Source of the DNA: Gammaproteobacteria bacterium
GTDB lineage: Bacteria; Pseudomonadota; Gammaproteobacteria; UBA4575
Reading direction: 5' to 3'
Assembly: GCA_965243395.1 (NCBI GenBank)
Contig: CBDEUS010000002.1
Span: 224,001-288,000, forward strand
Length of the DNA: 64,000 bases
Below the pieces are notes generated by a model. That model saw nothing but the letters and a program-made list of their open reading frames with translations. It made no database searches and was not told where the DNA came from. The position numbers and the translations under genes were made by a program. Below, in pieces: positions 41,358 to 51,408 of this stretch; position 1 is the first letter of the stretch; each line of letters starts with the position of its first letter.

Positions 41358-41627
41358 ATGTTTATCACGGCAACCGTCGCAATAATTATAGTAATGCTAT
41401 TAGTGCTCTTGCGAGCAGCATTAGGACCAACTGTGTTTGATCGAATTTTAGCAATTAATACTTTTGGTACTGTTACCGTGTTATTAATTGCCTTATTTGG
41501 ATTTTTGACGGGTCGCCCAGATTTTATGGATATCGCATTGCTGTATGCGTTGATAAATTTTATTTCAACAATAGCGGTATTAAAGCTCTTTCGTTATGGC
41601 AATTTAGGCGAGAGCTTCGACGAGTAA
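41358..41627 (+). CDS. mrpF: Mrp antiporter subunit F
   Basis: GPTVFDRILA, DIALLYALINF. Confidence 0.92.
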   Translation: MFITATVAIIIVMLLVLLRAALGPTVFDRILAINTFGTVTVLLIALFGFLTGRPDFMDIALLYALINFISTIAVLKLFRYGNLGESFDE

Positions 41628-41631
41628 TCAT

Positions 41632-41934
41632 ATGATATTAAATATTCTAGGCTGGTTCTTCCTCTTATCTGGAAGTTTTTTCTGCCTGGTTGGCTCAATA
41701 GGATTAATTCGCTTACCTGATTTCTATTCCAGGGTTCATGCTGCAGGTGTAGTGGATAGCCTGGGTGCGATTCTGATTTTGATTGGTTTAATCACACAAA
41801 CACAGGACTTCTTAGTTATCGTAAAACTTTTATTTATCCTTTTATTTATGATGTTAACCGGACCTACAGCCGTTCATGCTTTAGCGCGTTCAGCAAACAT
41901 TACCGATAAGGAAATGAAGTTACGTAACAAATAA
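41632..41934 (+). CDS. mrpG: Mrp antiporter subunit G
   Basis: GLIRLPDFYSRVHA, PTAVHALA. Confidence 0.92.
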   Translation: MILNILGWFFLLSGSFFCLVGSIGLIRLPDFYSRVHAAGVVDSLGAILILIGLITQTQDFLVIVKLLFILLFMMLTGPTAVHALARSANITDKEMKLRNK

Positions 41935-41958
41935 TTTCATGCTTATTATTTAGCAATT

Positions 41959-42516
41959 ATGGACATCCAGACCATTGTAGATATTTCTCTGTTAACGCTG
42001 CTTGCCGTCACAGCGTTAATTTTACTGCGCTTAAACAACTTATTAGCCGCTGTACTCTTAAGCGGCATATACAGTCTTCTTTCTGCAGGGTTGTTTGTAA
42101 GCTTAGATGCAGTAGACGTTGCTTTTACAGAGGCCGCAGTGGGCGCAGGTTTAACGACGGTTTTACTACTTGGGGCGTTAGCAATAACAGGCCGGGAACA
42201 ATCCGTTAAGCGGCATAGCAGAATCCTGCCGATTGTGGTGACCACTGTTACAGCCGCTGCACTTATTTATGGCACGCTTGATATGCCTAAATTTGGTGAT
42301 CCTTTGGCACCCATTCATACACATGTTGCTCCACGTTATATTGAATTGAGTGGTGAAGAAATCGGGATTCCTAATATTGTCACTTCTGTGCTTGCAAGCT
42401 ACCGAGGCTATGACACTTTAGGTGAAGTAACAGTCGTTTTTACTGCTGCTATTGGCGTGATGTTATTGCTGGGTGGAGTAATAAAACAAAAATCCAAATC
42501 CAAAAAACATGAATAA
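41959..42516 (+). CDS. Mrp-associated DUF4040/MnhB-N subunit (MrpA C-terminal-like)
   Basis: DVAFTEAAVGAG, PNIVTSVLASYRGYDTLGE. Confidence 0.88.
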   Translation: MDIQTIVDISLLTLLAVTALILLRLNNLLAAVLLSGIYSLLSAGLFVSLDAVDVAFTEAAVGAGLTTVLLLGALAITGREQSVKRHSRILPIVVTTVTAAALIYGTLDMPKFGDPLAPIHTHVAPRYIELSGEEIGIPNIVTSVLASYRGYDTLGEVTVVFTAAIGVMLLLGGVIKQKSKSKKHE

Positions 42517-42937
42517 AAAAAGAAGTTTAATTCTACGCGAGGTTAGCAATGTTGTTATACCTGCAGTGTTGCTGTATGCACTTTATGTACAATTCCATGG
42601 AGAATATGGTCCTGGGGGTGGTTTTCAAGCGGGGGTTATATTTGCTGCTGGGGTAATACTATATGCACTTGTTTATGGCAGAGAAAAAACACAAAAAATA
42701 TTTCCGAAAAATATTATTCGATATTTTGTGTCCATAGGTTTGCTGCTTTATGCAGGTGTTGGAGTTGTATCAATGTTTAAAGGTGGCAACTATCTTGATT
42801 ACAACGTTCTCTCTCACGTCTCTCAACATGGCCAGCATCTTGGTATCTTACTAATTGAACTAGGAGTTGGGATTACAGTTGCAGCTGTGATGATTATGAT
42901 TTTTTACATGCTAGACGAATACGCTGAAAAACAATGA
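42509..42937 (+). CDS. mrpB: Mrp antiporter subunit B
   Basis: HG..GPGGGFQAG, ELGVG. Confidence 0.92.
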   Translation: MNKKRSLILREVSNVVIPAVLLYALYVQFHGEYGPGGGFQAGVIFAAGVILYALVYGREKTQKIFPKNIIRYFVSIGLLLYAGVGVVSMFKGGNYLDYNVLSHVSQHGQHLGILLIELGVGITVAAVMIMIFYMLDEYAEKQ

Positions 42938-43311
42938 TTGCAGATTTTTATAATTACTGGGTTGCAATAGTATTAATGATGATCGGTTTTTATATTGTAA
43001 TTTCCGATGCCAATCTTATTAAAAAAATGATTGGTATTAGTATTTTTCAAACTTCTGTGTTTATTTTCTTTATTTCAATGAGCAAAGTAGAAGGTGGTAC
43101 GGCTCCGATACTTATAGATGGAGTTAAACTTTATTCAAACCCATTGCCTCATGTATTGATATTAACCGCTATTGTTGTAGGAGTAGCAACAACTGCATTG
43201 GGTCTTGCGATCATTGCCCGTATCCATCGAGAATATGGCACAGTCGATGAAGATATTATTCATGCTAAAGATGAAGAGGAATACGAAGATAGTGATGAGG
43301 ATGTATCCTAG
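42934..43311 (+). CDS. mrpC: Mrp antiporter subunit C
   Basis: NLIKK, NPLPHVLILTAIVV. Confidence 0.93.
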   Translation: MIADFYNYWVAIVLMMIGFYIVISDANLIKKMIGISIFQTSVFIFFISMSKVEGGTAPILIDGVKLYSNPLPHVLILTAIVVGVATTALGLAIIARIHREYGTVDEDIIHAKDEEEYEDSDEDVS

Positions 43312-44819
43312 TGCTTTCTCAGCATTTACTAGTATTACAGGTTGTGGTGCCTTTACTCTCTGCACCGCTTTGTGCACTTTTACCCTTAGCAAGCCCTGGA
43401 AAATTTTTTACTAACAGACTTGCTTGGCTAATAGCAACTGCTGCAAGTCTTATTTCCTTTGTAATTTCGATACTTCTTGCAATTGAAGTTTCAAAACACG
43501 GTTATATTAGTTACGAACTGGGTGGATGGGCACCTCCTTGGGGAATTGAGTATCGAATCGATCACTTAAGTGCGTATGTTCTTTTAATAGTTTCAGGCAT
43601 CGCGAGCATTACAATGCTCGCAGCACAAAAAAGTATCGAAAAAGAAATTGCACATGAAAAAATAAGTCTGTTTTATTCCGCATTTTTACTATGTCTAACG
43701 GGTTTACTTGGAATTGTTGCAACTGGTGATGCCTTTAACATTTTTGTTTTCTTAGAAATTAGTTCTCTTTCTTCTTATGTGTTAATTGCACTAGGTAATA
43801 ATCGCAAAGCATTAACGGCCTCTTATCAATATTTGATTATGGGAACGATTGGTGCGACATTCATTTTGATTGGTGTTGGTTTGCTTTATATGCTTACCGG
43901 GACATTAAACATAGTCGATCTACAACAAAAAATTCCGGACTTACTCACTTCTAGAGCACTTCATGCTGCATTTGCATTTTTTACTGTCGGTATTTCTCTA
44001 AAGCTTGCACTTTTACCCTTACATCTGTGGCTACCAAATGCCTATGCATACGCACCTTCAATGATTACTGTATTTTTATCCGCTACTGCGACCAAAGTTT
44101 CACTTTACGTTTTATTCCGGTTTTTCTTTGGTTTATTTTCTAATGAAGTCACTTTTGGAGAATTTCACCTAGATAAAATATTATTACCTTTATCCATTCT
44201 CGCAATTTTAATTGCCTCTTTCGTAGCTATCTTTCAAGACAACATTAAACGTATGTTTGCATATTCAAGTGTTGCTCAAATCGGTTACATGACCTTAGGT
44301 ATTGGCTTAGCATCAAAGAGTGGTAGTGTTGCTGGAATGCTGCATTTATTTAATCATGCAATCATTAAAGGTGGGATTTTTCTTGCTTTGGCTTGTATCG
44401 TGATTCGTACTAACTCGGTACAACTGAGTAATTTCGCAGGTCTTGGAAAACGCATGCCTTGGACGATGGCTGCCTTGTTGCTACTTGGTTTAGGATTAAT
44501 CGGTATTCCTTTCACAGCAGGATTTATTAGTAAATGGTACTTATTAATCGCAGCACTGGATCAAGGTAGCTGGCTCGCGGTTGCTGTAATTGTTGGTGGG
44601 TCTTTATTAGCCATTATTTATGTTTGGAAAGTGATTGAGTATGCGTATCTAAAACCATCAACCACACCAAACAATGAAGATACAATTTCAAGAAATGAAG
44701 CACCTTTGCAGATGCTAATCCCACTTTGGCTATTAGTTGCTGCTAATATTTATTTTGGTCTTGAAACCTCATTTAGTTTTGGTTTTGCCGATAGTGCGAT
44801 TAATGCTTTATTTAAATAA
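43311..44819 (+). CDS. mrpD: Mrp antiporter subunit D family (copy 1)
   Basis: GGWAPPWGIE, GDAFNIFVFLE, HLWLPNAY, KRMFAYSS, GFISKW. Confidence 0.9.
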   Translation: MLSQHLLVLQVVVPLLSAPLCALLPLASPGKFFTNRLAWLIATAASLISFVISILLAIEVSKHGYISYELGGWAPPWGIEYRIDHLSAYVLLIVSGIASITMLAAQKSIEKEIAHEKISLFYSAFLLCLTGLLGIVATGDAFNIFVFLEISSLSSYVLIALGNNRKALTASYQYLIMGTIGATFILIGVGLLYMLTGTLNIVDLQQKIPDLLTSRALHAAFAFFTVGISLKLALLPLHLWLPNAYAYAPSMITVFLSATATKVSLYVLFRFFFGLFSNEVTFGEFHLDKILLPLSILAILIASFVAIFQDNIKRMFAYSSVAQIGYMTLGIGLASKSGSVAGMLHLFNHAIIKGGIFLALACIVIRTNSVQLSNFAGLGKRMPWTMAALLLLGLGLIGIPFTAGFISKWYLLIAALDQGSWLAVAVIVGGSLLAIIYVWKVIEYAYLKPSTTPNNEDTISRNEAPLQMLIPLWLLVAANIYFGLETSFSFGFADSAINALFK

Positions 44820-44837
44820 CACTTAACTCCTTATTAG

Positions 44838-46304
44838 ATGCACCCATTGTTACAACATTTCGAATTGTCCGTTGCAATACCATTGCTAGCTGTGTTGTTA
44901 ATTTTATTATTTCGCAATCAACCCTCATTGCGCGAAGCATCTTCTTTAATAATCGCATTGATCCTGTTCATTTTTACTACTCAATTTATCGGAAGCGAAC
45001 AGTTAGGTATCACACATACCCTATTCACTATCACGCCAGGGCTTTCTTTAGCTTTTCACATTGAACCGCTAGGCTTGATGTTTGCGTTACTCGCATCTGG
45101 TTTATGGATTGTTACGACGATTTATTCGATCGGTTACATGCGTGGCAATAATGAAAAAAACCAGACTCGATTTTATTTATTTTTTGCCTTATCCATTGCT
45201 GCAACCATGGGCATCGCATTTGCAGCAAATTTAGTTACATTATTTGTATTTTATGAAGCACTAACACTTTGCACATTTCCATTGGTTGCCCACAAACAAA
45301 ATGCAGATGCAAAAATAGGTGGGCGTATTTACTTAGGCATTTTACTTAGCACGTCAATTTTATTTTTCTTAACTGCGATCGTAGTGACCTGGCTACAAGC
45401 CGGTAGTTTAGATTTCGTTACAGGTGGAATTTTAGACGGAAATATTGGCAAAACGGGTGCAATAATCTTATTTACGCTATTTATGTTTGGCATCGGCAAG
45501 GCCGCCTTGATGCCATTTCATCGTTGGTTACCTGCGGCTATGGTTGCCCCCACACCGGTTAGTGCATTATTGCATGCTGTTGCGGTGGTGAAAGCGGGTG
45601 TGTTTTCGGTATTAAAAATTAGCGTCTATATCTTTGGCATAGATTTATTGGCTGATCAAAACGCGGCTCAATGGATTTTATGGATTGCGGTTGCCACGAT
45701 GCTGATTGCATCCATCATTGCGCTAAGTAAAGACAACTTTAAAGCACGTCTCGCTTATTCGACTGTAAGCCAATTGTCCTACATTGTAATTGGTGCAGCT
45801 TTAGCTAACCCCATTGCAGCGCTCGGTGGTGCCATGCATATCGTTACACATGCATTTGGCAAGATTACGCTATTCTTTTGTGCAGGTGCTGTCTATACCG
45901 CAACAAAACGAACTCAGATTAGCCAATTAAACGGGCTTGGAAAGCAGATGCCTTTCACTTTTACTGCTTATCTCATTGCCACGATAAGTATTATTGGATT
46001 ACCTCCTTTAGTAGGAAGTTGGAGTAAATGGTTTTTAATCGATGGCAGTTTAAACGTAGATAACTATATTGTGCTGTTAGCATTTGTATTAAGCACATTA
46101 CTTAACTGTGCTTATTTATTACCCGTAGCCTTGCGTGCATTTTTCAAAGCGCCCGATGATGGGGAGGTGAACCAAAACATAAAGATACAAGAAGCGCCTT
46201 TAGCTTGTGTGCTACCTTTATGTTTTACCGCGCTAGCCACATTCTTAATGTTCTTCTACATTCAACCTATTTATGAATTTTTAGCTCCGGCATTTCTACC
46301 GTAA
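44838..46304 (+). CDS. Mrp antiporter subunit D/A family (copy 2)
   Basis: HRWLPAAMVAPTPVSALLHAVAVVKAG, RLAYSTVSQL. Confidence 0.9.
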   Translation: MHPLLQHFELSVAIPLLAVLLILLFRNQPSLREASSLIIALILFIFTTQFIGSEQLGITHTLFTITPGLSLAFHIEPLGLMFALLASGLWIVTTIYSIGYMRGNNEKNQTRFYLFFALSIAATMGIAFAANLVTLFVFYEALTLCTFPLVAHKQNADAKIGGRIYLGILLSTSILFFLTAIVVTWLQAGSLDFVTGGILDGNIGKTGAIILFTLFMFGIGKAALMPFHRWLPAAMVAPTPVSALLHAVAVVKAGVFSVLKISVYIFGIDLLADQNAAQWILWIAVATMLIASIIALSKDNFKARLAYSTVSQLSYIVIGAALANPIAALGGAMHIVTHAFGKITLFFCAGAVYTATKRTQISQLNGLGKQMPFTFTAYLIATISIIGLPPLVGSWSKWFLIDGSLNVDNYIVLLAFVLSTLLNCAYLLPVALRAFFKAPDDGEVNQNIKIQEAPLACVLPLCFTALATFLMFFYIQPIYEFLAPAFLP

Positions 46305-46565
46305 ATGATAGATAACGACAAAAAACACTGGTTAGACCAGCAAAAAAATGTAAACAAAATTGTTTATCTGCTTTATTTTGTATGCGCAGCATTGTTAGTA
46401 ACAGAATTATACATTTTTATTTTTGGGCATAAACATGGACATTTTGATTTTGAGAATTGGTTTGGGTTTTATGCTTGGTTTGGCTTTCTTGCTTACATAA
46501 GTATTGTCATGAGTGCAAAATTCTTGCGCAGGTTTATTAAGCGTAAAGAAGATTATTATGACTAA
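46305..46565 (+). CDS. Small 2-TM Mrp-operon accessory protein
   Basis: Translationally coupled to both neighbours; HGHF, GFYAWFGF, R.EDYY. Confidence 0.8.
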   Translation: MIDNDKKHWLDQQKNVNKIVYLLYFVCAALLVTELYIFIFGHKHGHFDFENWFGFYAWFGFLAYISIVMSAKFLRRFIKRKEDYYD

Positions 46566-48255
46566 TATACTTTTTCATCCTGCAATCATTTTAATTCTGG
46601 GTGGTTTGTTACAAACTATTTTGCCCACACAGTTACGTAGAATTTTTCTGCTTGTGTTACCAGTGTTAGGTGCATTTGTATTATTAAATTTAGATGCTGG
46701 TTTTTATGGTCAATATCATGTTTTTAATTACGAATTAACTTTACTACGTCTTGATAAATTAAGTTTCATCTTTGCGCTTATTTTTCATATTGCCTTATTT
46801 ATTGTTGCTATATATGCATGGCAAGAAAAAGACAAACTACAACTTGCAAGTATGTTTATTTACGCAGGCGCAGCAATCGGTGCAGTATTAGCAGGAGACT
46901 TACTGACTTTATTCATTTTTTGGGAAGTAACTGCCATTTCATCAGCCTTATTAATTTGGGCAAATAAAACCAAAGGCGCAATACGTGCAGGACAACGATA
47001 TTTTATTGTTCATGTAACTTCTGGTTTGTTTTTATTAGTTGGTGCAATCCTTCATTATCACTCAACCGGCTCACTGGCTTTTGATTATATAGGCATAGAA
47101 TCATTGTCTGGATGGTTGATCTTAATCGCCTTTGCTATTAAATGCGCTTTCCCTTTATTACATAACTGGTTACAAGATTCATATCCTGAAGCAAGCGTGG
47201 TAGGTACAGTTGCTTTATCTGTATACACTACAAAACTTGCCGTCTACGCACTTGCACGGGGTTATGCAGGCACTGAAATGTTGATTTGGATTGGCGCTCT
47301 GATGACCGCATTTCCGATCTTTTTTGCAGTAATTGAAAATGATTTACGTCGTGTACTTTCTTACAGTCTAAACAACCAACTGGGATTCATGGTAGTCGGT
47401 ATCGGCGTAGGTACTGAGCTGGCATTAAATGGAACCGTTGCTCATGCATTTGCGCATATTTTATATAAAGCCTTGTTGTTTATGAGCATGGGAGCCGTGC
47501 TTTATCGTGTAGGAACCACTAAGGCCTCGGAACTTGGGGGTCTATATAAATCTATGCCTTGGACAGCGGGTTTTTGCATTATTGGTGCGATGTCCATATC
47601 GGCTTTTCCATTACTAAGTGGTTTTGTTTCCAAAGCCATGATTCTCACTGCCGCTTCAGAGGAAGGTCATTGGCTCATATGGCTGGTGTTGCTATTCGCC
47701 TCCGCCGGTGTGCTTGATCATTCTGGGATTAAAGTTCCTTTCTTTAGCTTTTTCGCACATGACAGTGGCAAACGTTGCGCAGAAGCGCCCGCCAATATGC
47801 TCATTGCCATGGGTATCGCTGCAGGGTTCTGTATTGTAATTGGTGTATATCCAAGCTTGTTATATAACTTACTTCCACACACCGCTGACTTTATTCCCTA
47901 TACGGCCTCGCATGTAATAACCCAATTACAGCTTCTGCTATTTTCAGCATTGGCTTTTGTAGTGCTGTACCGAAGTAATTTATATCCGCCAGAAATACGT
48001 TCTACAAATTTAGATTTCGATTGGTTTTATCGGAAACCTGGAGCTTACTTAGCTAGAGGGTTTGCCGCTTTGATCTCACGCGGCGAAGAAAACATTTTGT
48101 GTGCTTTAAAGAAGCTTACCTATGTGGCAGGAGCCCGCTTACATCGCCATCATGGGCCTCAAGGTATTCTTTCTAGAACCTGGCCAACAGGAAGTATGGT
48201 GATGTGGGTAGCTTTTTTACTGGGTGCCTACTTAATTTTTTATTATATTTATTAA
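46558..48255 (+). CDS. Mrp antiporter subunit D/A family (copy 3)
   Basis: HNWLQDSYPEAS, ENDLRRVLSYS, HILYKALLFM, DFDWFYR; start at ATG 46558. Confidence 0.9.
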   Translation: MTNILFHPAIILILGGLLQTILPTQLRRIFLLVLPVLGAFVLLNLDAGFYGQYHVFNYELTLLRLDKLSFIFALIFHIALFIVAIYAWQEKDKLQLASMFIYAGAAIGAVLAGDLLTLFIFWEVTAISSALLIWANKTKGAIRAGQRYFIVHVTSGLFLLVGAILHYHSTGSLAFDYIGIESLSGWLILIAFAIKCAFPLLHNWLQDSYPEASVVGTVALSVYTTKLAVYALARGYAGTEMLIWIGALMTAFPIFFAVIENDLRRVLSYSLNNQLGFMVVGIGVGTELALNGTVAHAFAHILYKALLFMSMGAVLYRVGTTKASELGGLYKSMPWTAGFCIIGAMSISAFPLLSGFVSKAMILTAASEEGHWLIWLVLLFASAGVLDHSGIKVPFFSFFAHDSGKRCAEAPANMLIAMGIAAGFCIVIGVYPSLLYNLLPHTADFIPYTASHVITQLQLLLFSALAFVVLYRSNLYPPEIRSTNLDFDWFYRKPGAYLARGFAALISRGEENILCALKKLTYVAGARLHRHHGPQGILSRTWPTGSMVMWVAFLLGAYLIFYYIY

Positions 48256-48713
48256 TGGAAGGTCTTCTTTTCGCCATCTTCTGAATCTTCTAATTCGATT
48301 TTTTCTTCATCTTTTGAAATTATTGCCGGTCTAAGCTCGGGTGAAGCATGATGTAAAATCATGTGCCAACTATCATTAGATTTTCGATAAATATTAGTAG
48401 CAATTATTTCAGACTGTAATTGACCTGCTAAATAAATAGATTCAATGACGTGATGAATTGCAATATCTTTATCTAGTAATACTCTTTTTTGGCTGATTTC
48501 AAATTTAATACTATTTTCGTGACTGAATATTTGTTCCCAACTCTCACGAATATTTAATTGCCCTTCTAAACGCGTACCGCCCGGGTGAATGCAGGTTGTA
48601 TCCTGGTCGTTTGCCCAAACTGACATCATCAATTCAAGATCAGATTCCTGAAAAGCAGCGTAAAATGCCTTTTCTGCTTCATCTGACGTTGTGAATATAT
48701 TATTTTCTTGCAT
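48252..48713 (-). CDS. SnoaL/NTF2-like protein
   Basis: AFYAAF..D...M..VW, CIHPG, ATNIY, W.MILHHAS. Confidence 0.88.
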   Translation of the reverse strand: MQENNIFTTSDEAEKAFYAAFQESDLELMMSVWANDQDTTCIHPGGTRLEGQLNIRESWEQIFSHENSIKFEISQKRVLLDKDIAIHHVIESIYLAGQLQSEIIATNIYRKSNDSWHMILHHASPELRPAIISKDEEKIELEDSEDGEKKTFH

Positions 48714-48771
48714 AGTATCTTCGTCACATGATTGTTAAAGTATTTGATAGAAGCAAAGCATATAAATTGGT

Positions 48772-49110
48772 ATGTCTCAAGAAAAAAAAATTGCCTCTGT
48801 CGATGAAATAAACGATCCTGGCAGTAAAGGATTAAGCATTGATCTTAATGATGAAAAACTTGAGATTTTCATCGTTAAGAAAGACTCCCAGATCTCAGTA
48901 TATGAAAATTCATGTCCACATACACTCGGCCCTCTTGATTGGATGCCTGATCAATTTTTAGATTTAGATAACAAATATATTCAATGTGCGAATCATGGTG
49001 CTTTATTTGAAATTAATAATGGATTTTGTATTTATGGACCCTGTAAAAACCAAAGTCTTAAAAGTCTTCCATTTGAAGTAAAAGACAATCATATTTACTT
49101 ACTGGTTTAA
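48772..49110 (+). CDS. Rieske [2Fe-2S] ferredoxin
   Basis: CPH...CANH, G.C..GPC. Confidence 0.92.
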   Translation: MSQEKKIASVDEINDPGSKGLSIDLNDEKLEIFIVKKDSQISVYENSCPHTLGPLDWMPDQFLDLDNKYIQCANHGALFEINNGFCIYGPCKNQSLKSLPFEVKDNHIYLLV

Positions 49111-49127
49111 TTCTTAACACAGCAACC

Positions 49128-50036
49128 ATGCTAGATCGCTTTAATGCTCTCTTTCCACTTTGGGCAATTCTCTTAAGCATGATTGCATATTATTTGCCTG
49201 AATTTTTTGTTCCGTTAAAACCAAGCATTATTTATTTGCTTGCTATTGTAATGTTAACGATGGGGATTACATTGCAATTAAACGATTTTAAAAAATTACT
49301 TTCGCTAAAAGCACTCATTCTGATTGGGCTCATTCTACAGTTCACAATTATGCCTTTAAGTGCATGGTTGATAGGTATATCGATGGGCCTTTCTCTCCCC
49401 TTACTTGCAGGAATGATATTAGTCGGCGCCTCTCCTGGTGGCACCGCATCCAATGTGATCTGCTATTTGGCCAAGGGTAATGTTGCACTCTCCTTAGCAT
49501 TGACCAGTTGTTCGACTTTACTTGCTGTAATCGCGACTCCTTTACTTACTTGGCTTTATTTAGGTCAAAGTATTGATGTACCGGTAAGCCAGATGATGAT
49601 GACTTTACTAAAAGTAATCATCTTGCCCGTGGCTTTGGGTGTACTCATTAACCATTTATTTGGTACAAGCTTAAAGAAGGTATTAAAAATATTCCCCAGT
49701 GTTTCAATACTCAGCATCTGCTTAATCATTGCGATTATTATTGCCAGCAATCAAAGCAAACTCCAAAACCTAGCATTCATCGTAATTTCAGCCGTAATTT
49801 TGCATAATTTTATAGGTTTAGTATCCGGCTATTTTTTCAGCAAGCTATTGGGATTTGATCATAGAAACTCTAAAACACTTGCAATTGAAGTGGGAATGCA
49901 AAATTCAGGCTTGGCCGTTGCCTTAGCCAATCAATATTTCCAAGCCGTTACAGCGCTCCCTGGAGCAGTTTTTTCAATATGGCATAATCTATCCGGCTCA
50001 ATACTTGCTACAATATGGTCGAAAACTAAAAATTAA
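49128..50036 (+). CDS. Bile acid:sodium symporter family (PanS-like)
   Basis: QFTIMP, PGGTASN, IEVGMQNSGL, SIWHN. Confidence 0.92.
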   Translation: MLDRFNALFPLWAILLSMIAYYLPEFFVPLKPSIIYLLAIVMLTMGITLQLNDFKKLLSLKALILIGLILQFTIMPLSAWLIGISMGLSLPLLAGMILVGASPGGTASNVICYLAKGNVALSLALTSCSTLLAVIATPLLTWLYLGQSIDVPVSQMMMTLLKVIILPVALGVLINHLFGTSLKKVLKIFPSVSILSICLIIAIIIASNQSKLQNLAFIVISAVILHNFIGLVSGYFFSKLLGFDHRNSKTLAIEVGMQNSGLAVALANQYFQAVTALPGAVFSIWHNLSGSILATIWSKTKN

Positions 50037-50058
50037 CCAATAAGAAGAGTTTTCAGTC

Positions 50059-50355
50059 ATGGCACTAAATACAACAATTTCTCTCCTCTGTGCTTTAATT
50101 AGTTGGGCACTGGCAATCTTTTTAGGTACGCAGCTACTGTCTGGCACCTTTGATGAGCGCACTTGCCAAACTTTATGTGTCCAAACTTTGTTCTGGATTT
50201 CATTTGCGATTGCAATCATCGGTTTAATTTTTAGCATAGGAGGGGTCTCGGTTGGAAAATCTAATTGGATAAAGATTATTTCTCTGCTTGCCTTAATTGG
50301 ACTTAGTGGGATTTATATCACTACAATTTTGATTGGAAATTTTAATATCCTTTAA
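50059..50355 (+). CDS. Hypothetical 3-TM membrane protein
   Basis: Hydrophobic 98-aa ORF co-oriented behind the symporter; CQTLC loop. Confidence 0.7.
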   Translation: MALNTTISLLCALISWALAIFLGTQLLSGTFDERTCQTLCVQTLFWISFAIAIIGLIFSIGGVSVGKSNWIKIISLLALIGLSGIYITTILIGNFNIL

Positions 50356-50466
50356 ATGTTAAAAATATTTAATAATGCTTATTAAGATTTACCTATAAAA
50401 TTACAACTTTATTCAACCTACAAATATAAACAACTTTGATCCTTTAAAATTAATCAGGAGTTAGAC

Positions 50467-50799
50467 ATGGCAGCTAAGTTTGAACTATATAAAGATAAGA
50501 AAGGCGAATTTAGATTTAGACTAAAGTCTGGAAATGGTGAAAATATTCTTGCAAGCGAGGGTTATAAGGCCAAAACAAGTGCTAAAAATGGTATTGAGTC
50601 AGTCAAAAAGAATGCCAAAGACGCAAAACGCTTTGAAATTAAAAAATCAAAAAGTGGCAAACACATGTTTAACTTAAAGGCAGGTAATTCACAAGTTATC
50701 GGCACTTCGCAAATGTATAAAACAGAAGCTGCATGCAACAACGGTGTTAAGAGTGTTAAAACGAATGCACCAAAAGCTAAAGTAGAAGATTTGTGCTAA
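50467..50799 (+). CDS. YegP/DUF1508 family protein
   Basis: Two repeats F.F.LK.GN...I..S..Y; AGGAG RBS. Confidence 0.93.
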   Translation: MAAKFELYKDKKGEFRFRLKSGNGENILASEGYKAKTSAKNGIESVKKNAKDAKRFEIKKSKSGKHMFNLKAGNSQVIGTSQMYKTEAACNNGVKSVKTNAPKAKVEDLC

Positions 50800-50838
50800 T
50801 CAATATGGGATTACGCGCAAGAATATAGGACTACAAGG

Positions 50839-50856
50839 CGCATCATGGATGATGCG
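50839..50856 (+). repeat. Single GGA-loop hairpin, partial member of the dispersed repeat family
   Basis: CGCATC-ATGGAT-GATGCG, 40 nt downstream of the YegP stop. Confidence 0.55.
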
Positions 50857-50876
50857 AACACTTAATCATTATTAAA

Positions 50877-50906
50877 AATTATTACTAAATTCATTTAGTA
50901 ATAATT
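50877..50906. terminator. AT-rich 14-bp inverted repeat between convergent genes
   Basis: AATTATTACTAAAT-TC-ATTTAGTAATAATT. Confidence 0.5.
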
Positions 50907-50926
50907 ATTATCGCTGAATGTACTAA

Positions 50927-51262
50927 TTACAAAACTTCAACTGGCCCGTGGTCATCGCAATGATCACCATGCACATGATGTAATCGACCATCAACCAAAT
51001 AATCTATATGATCACCATGTGGAACTCTTTCATGTCCACAGTCAGGTCCATGTACATGATCTGTGCATGAGGTAACAGGTAAACATTCATTTGGATTAAC
51101 GTCACTAATCTCTAATGTATGTTCATCATAATGATCTTCATGGGGATGATGCATATGACCATCGTGCAAGTAGTCAATGTGGTCCGCATGACGTATTGCC
51201 GTGTGTCCACAACCCTCTTTATGAACATGCTCAGGATGAGTATGTGATTTAGTGCATTGCAT
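50927..51262 (-). CDS. His/Cys-rich duplicated-domain putative metal-binding protein
   Basis: 24 His and 6 Cys in 111 aa; two 37-aa HxHxxxCGHxxxxHxDHIDYLxDGxxHHxHxDHxDxH repeats; GGAGG RBS. Confidence 0.85.
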   Translation of the reverse strand: MQCTKSHTHPEHVHKEGCGHTAIRHADHIDYLHDGHMHHPHEDHYDEHTLEISDVNPNECLPVTSCTDHVHGPDCGHERVPHGDHIDYLVDGRLHHVHGDHCDDHGPVEVL

Positions 51263-51408
51263 ACCTGGACCTCCGAGATTACTTATTATTCTTATTAAAT
51301 TGTATTACAGCACGCATATTTTATCACTCAGTTGTACTGTATATATATTCAAACTAATTGTTTAAAACTCTGAAATAAATAGATTTAATGCACTAAATTA
51401 GCTCATTT

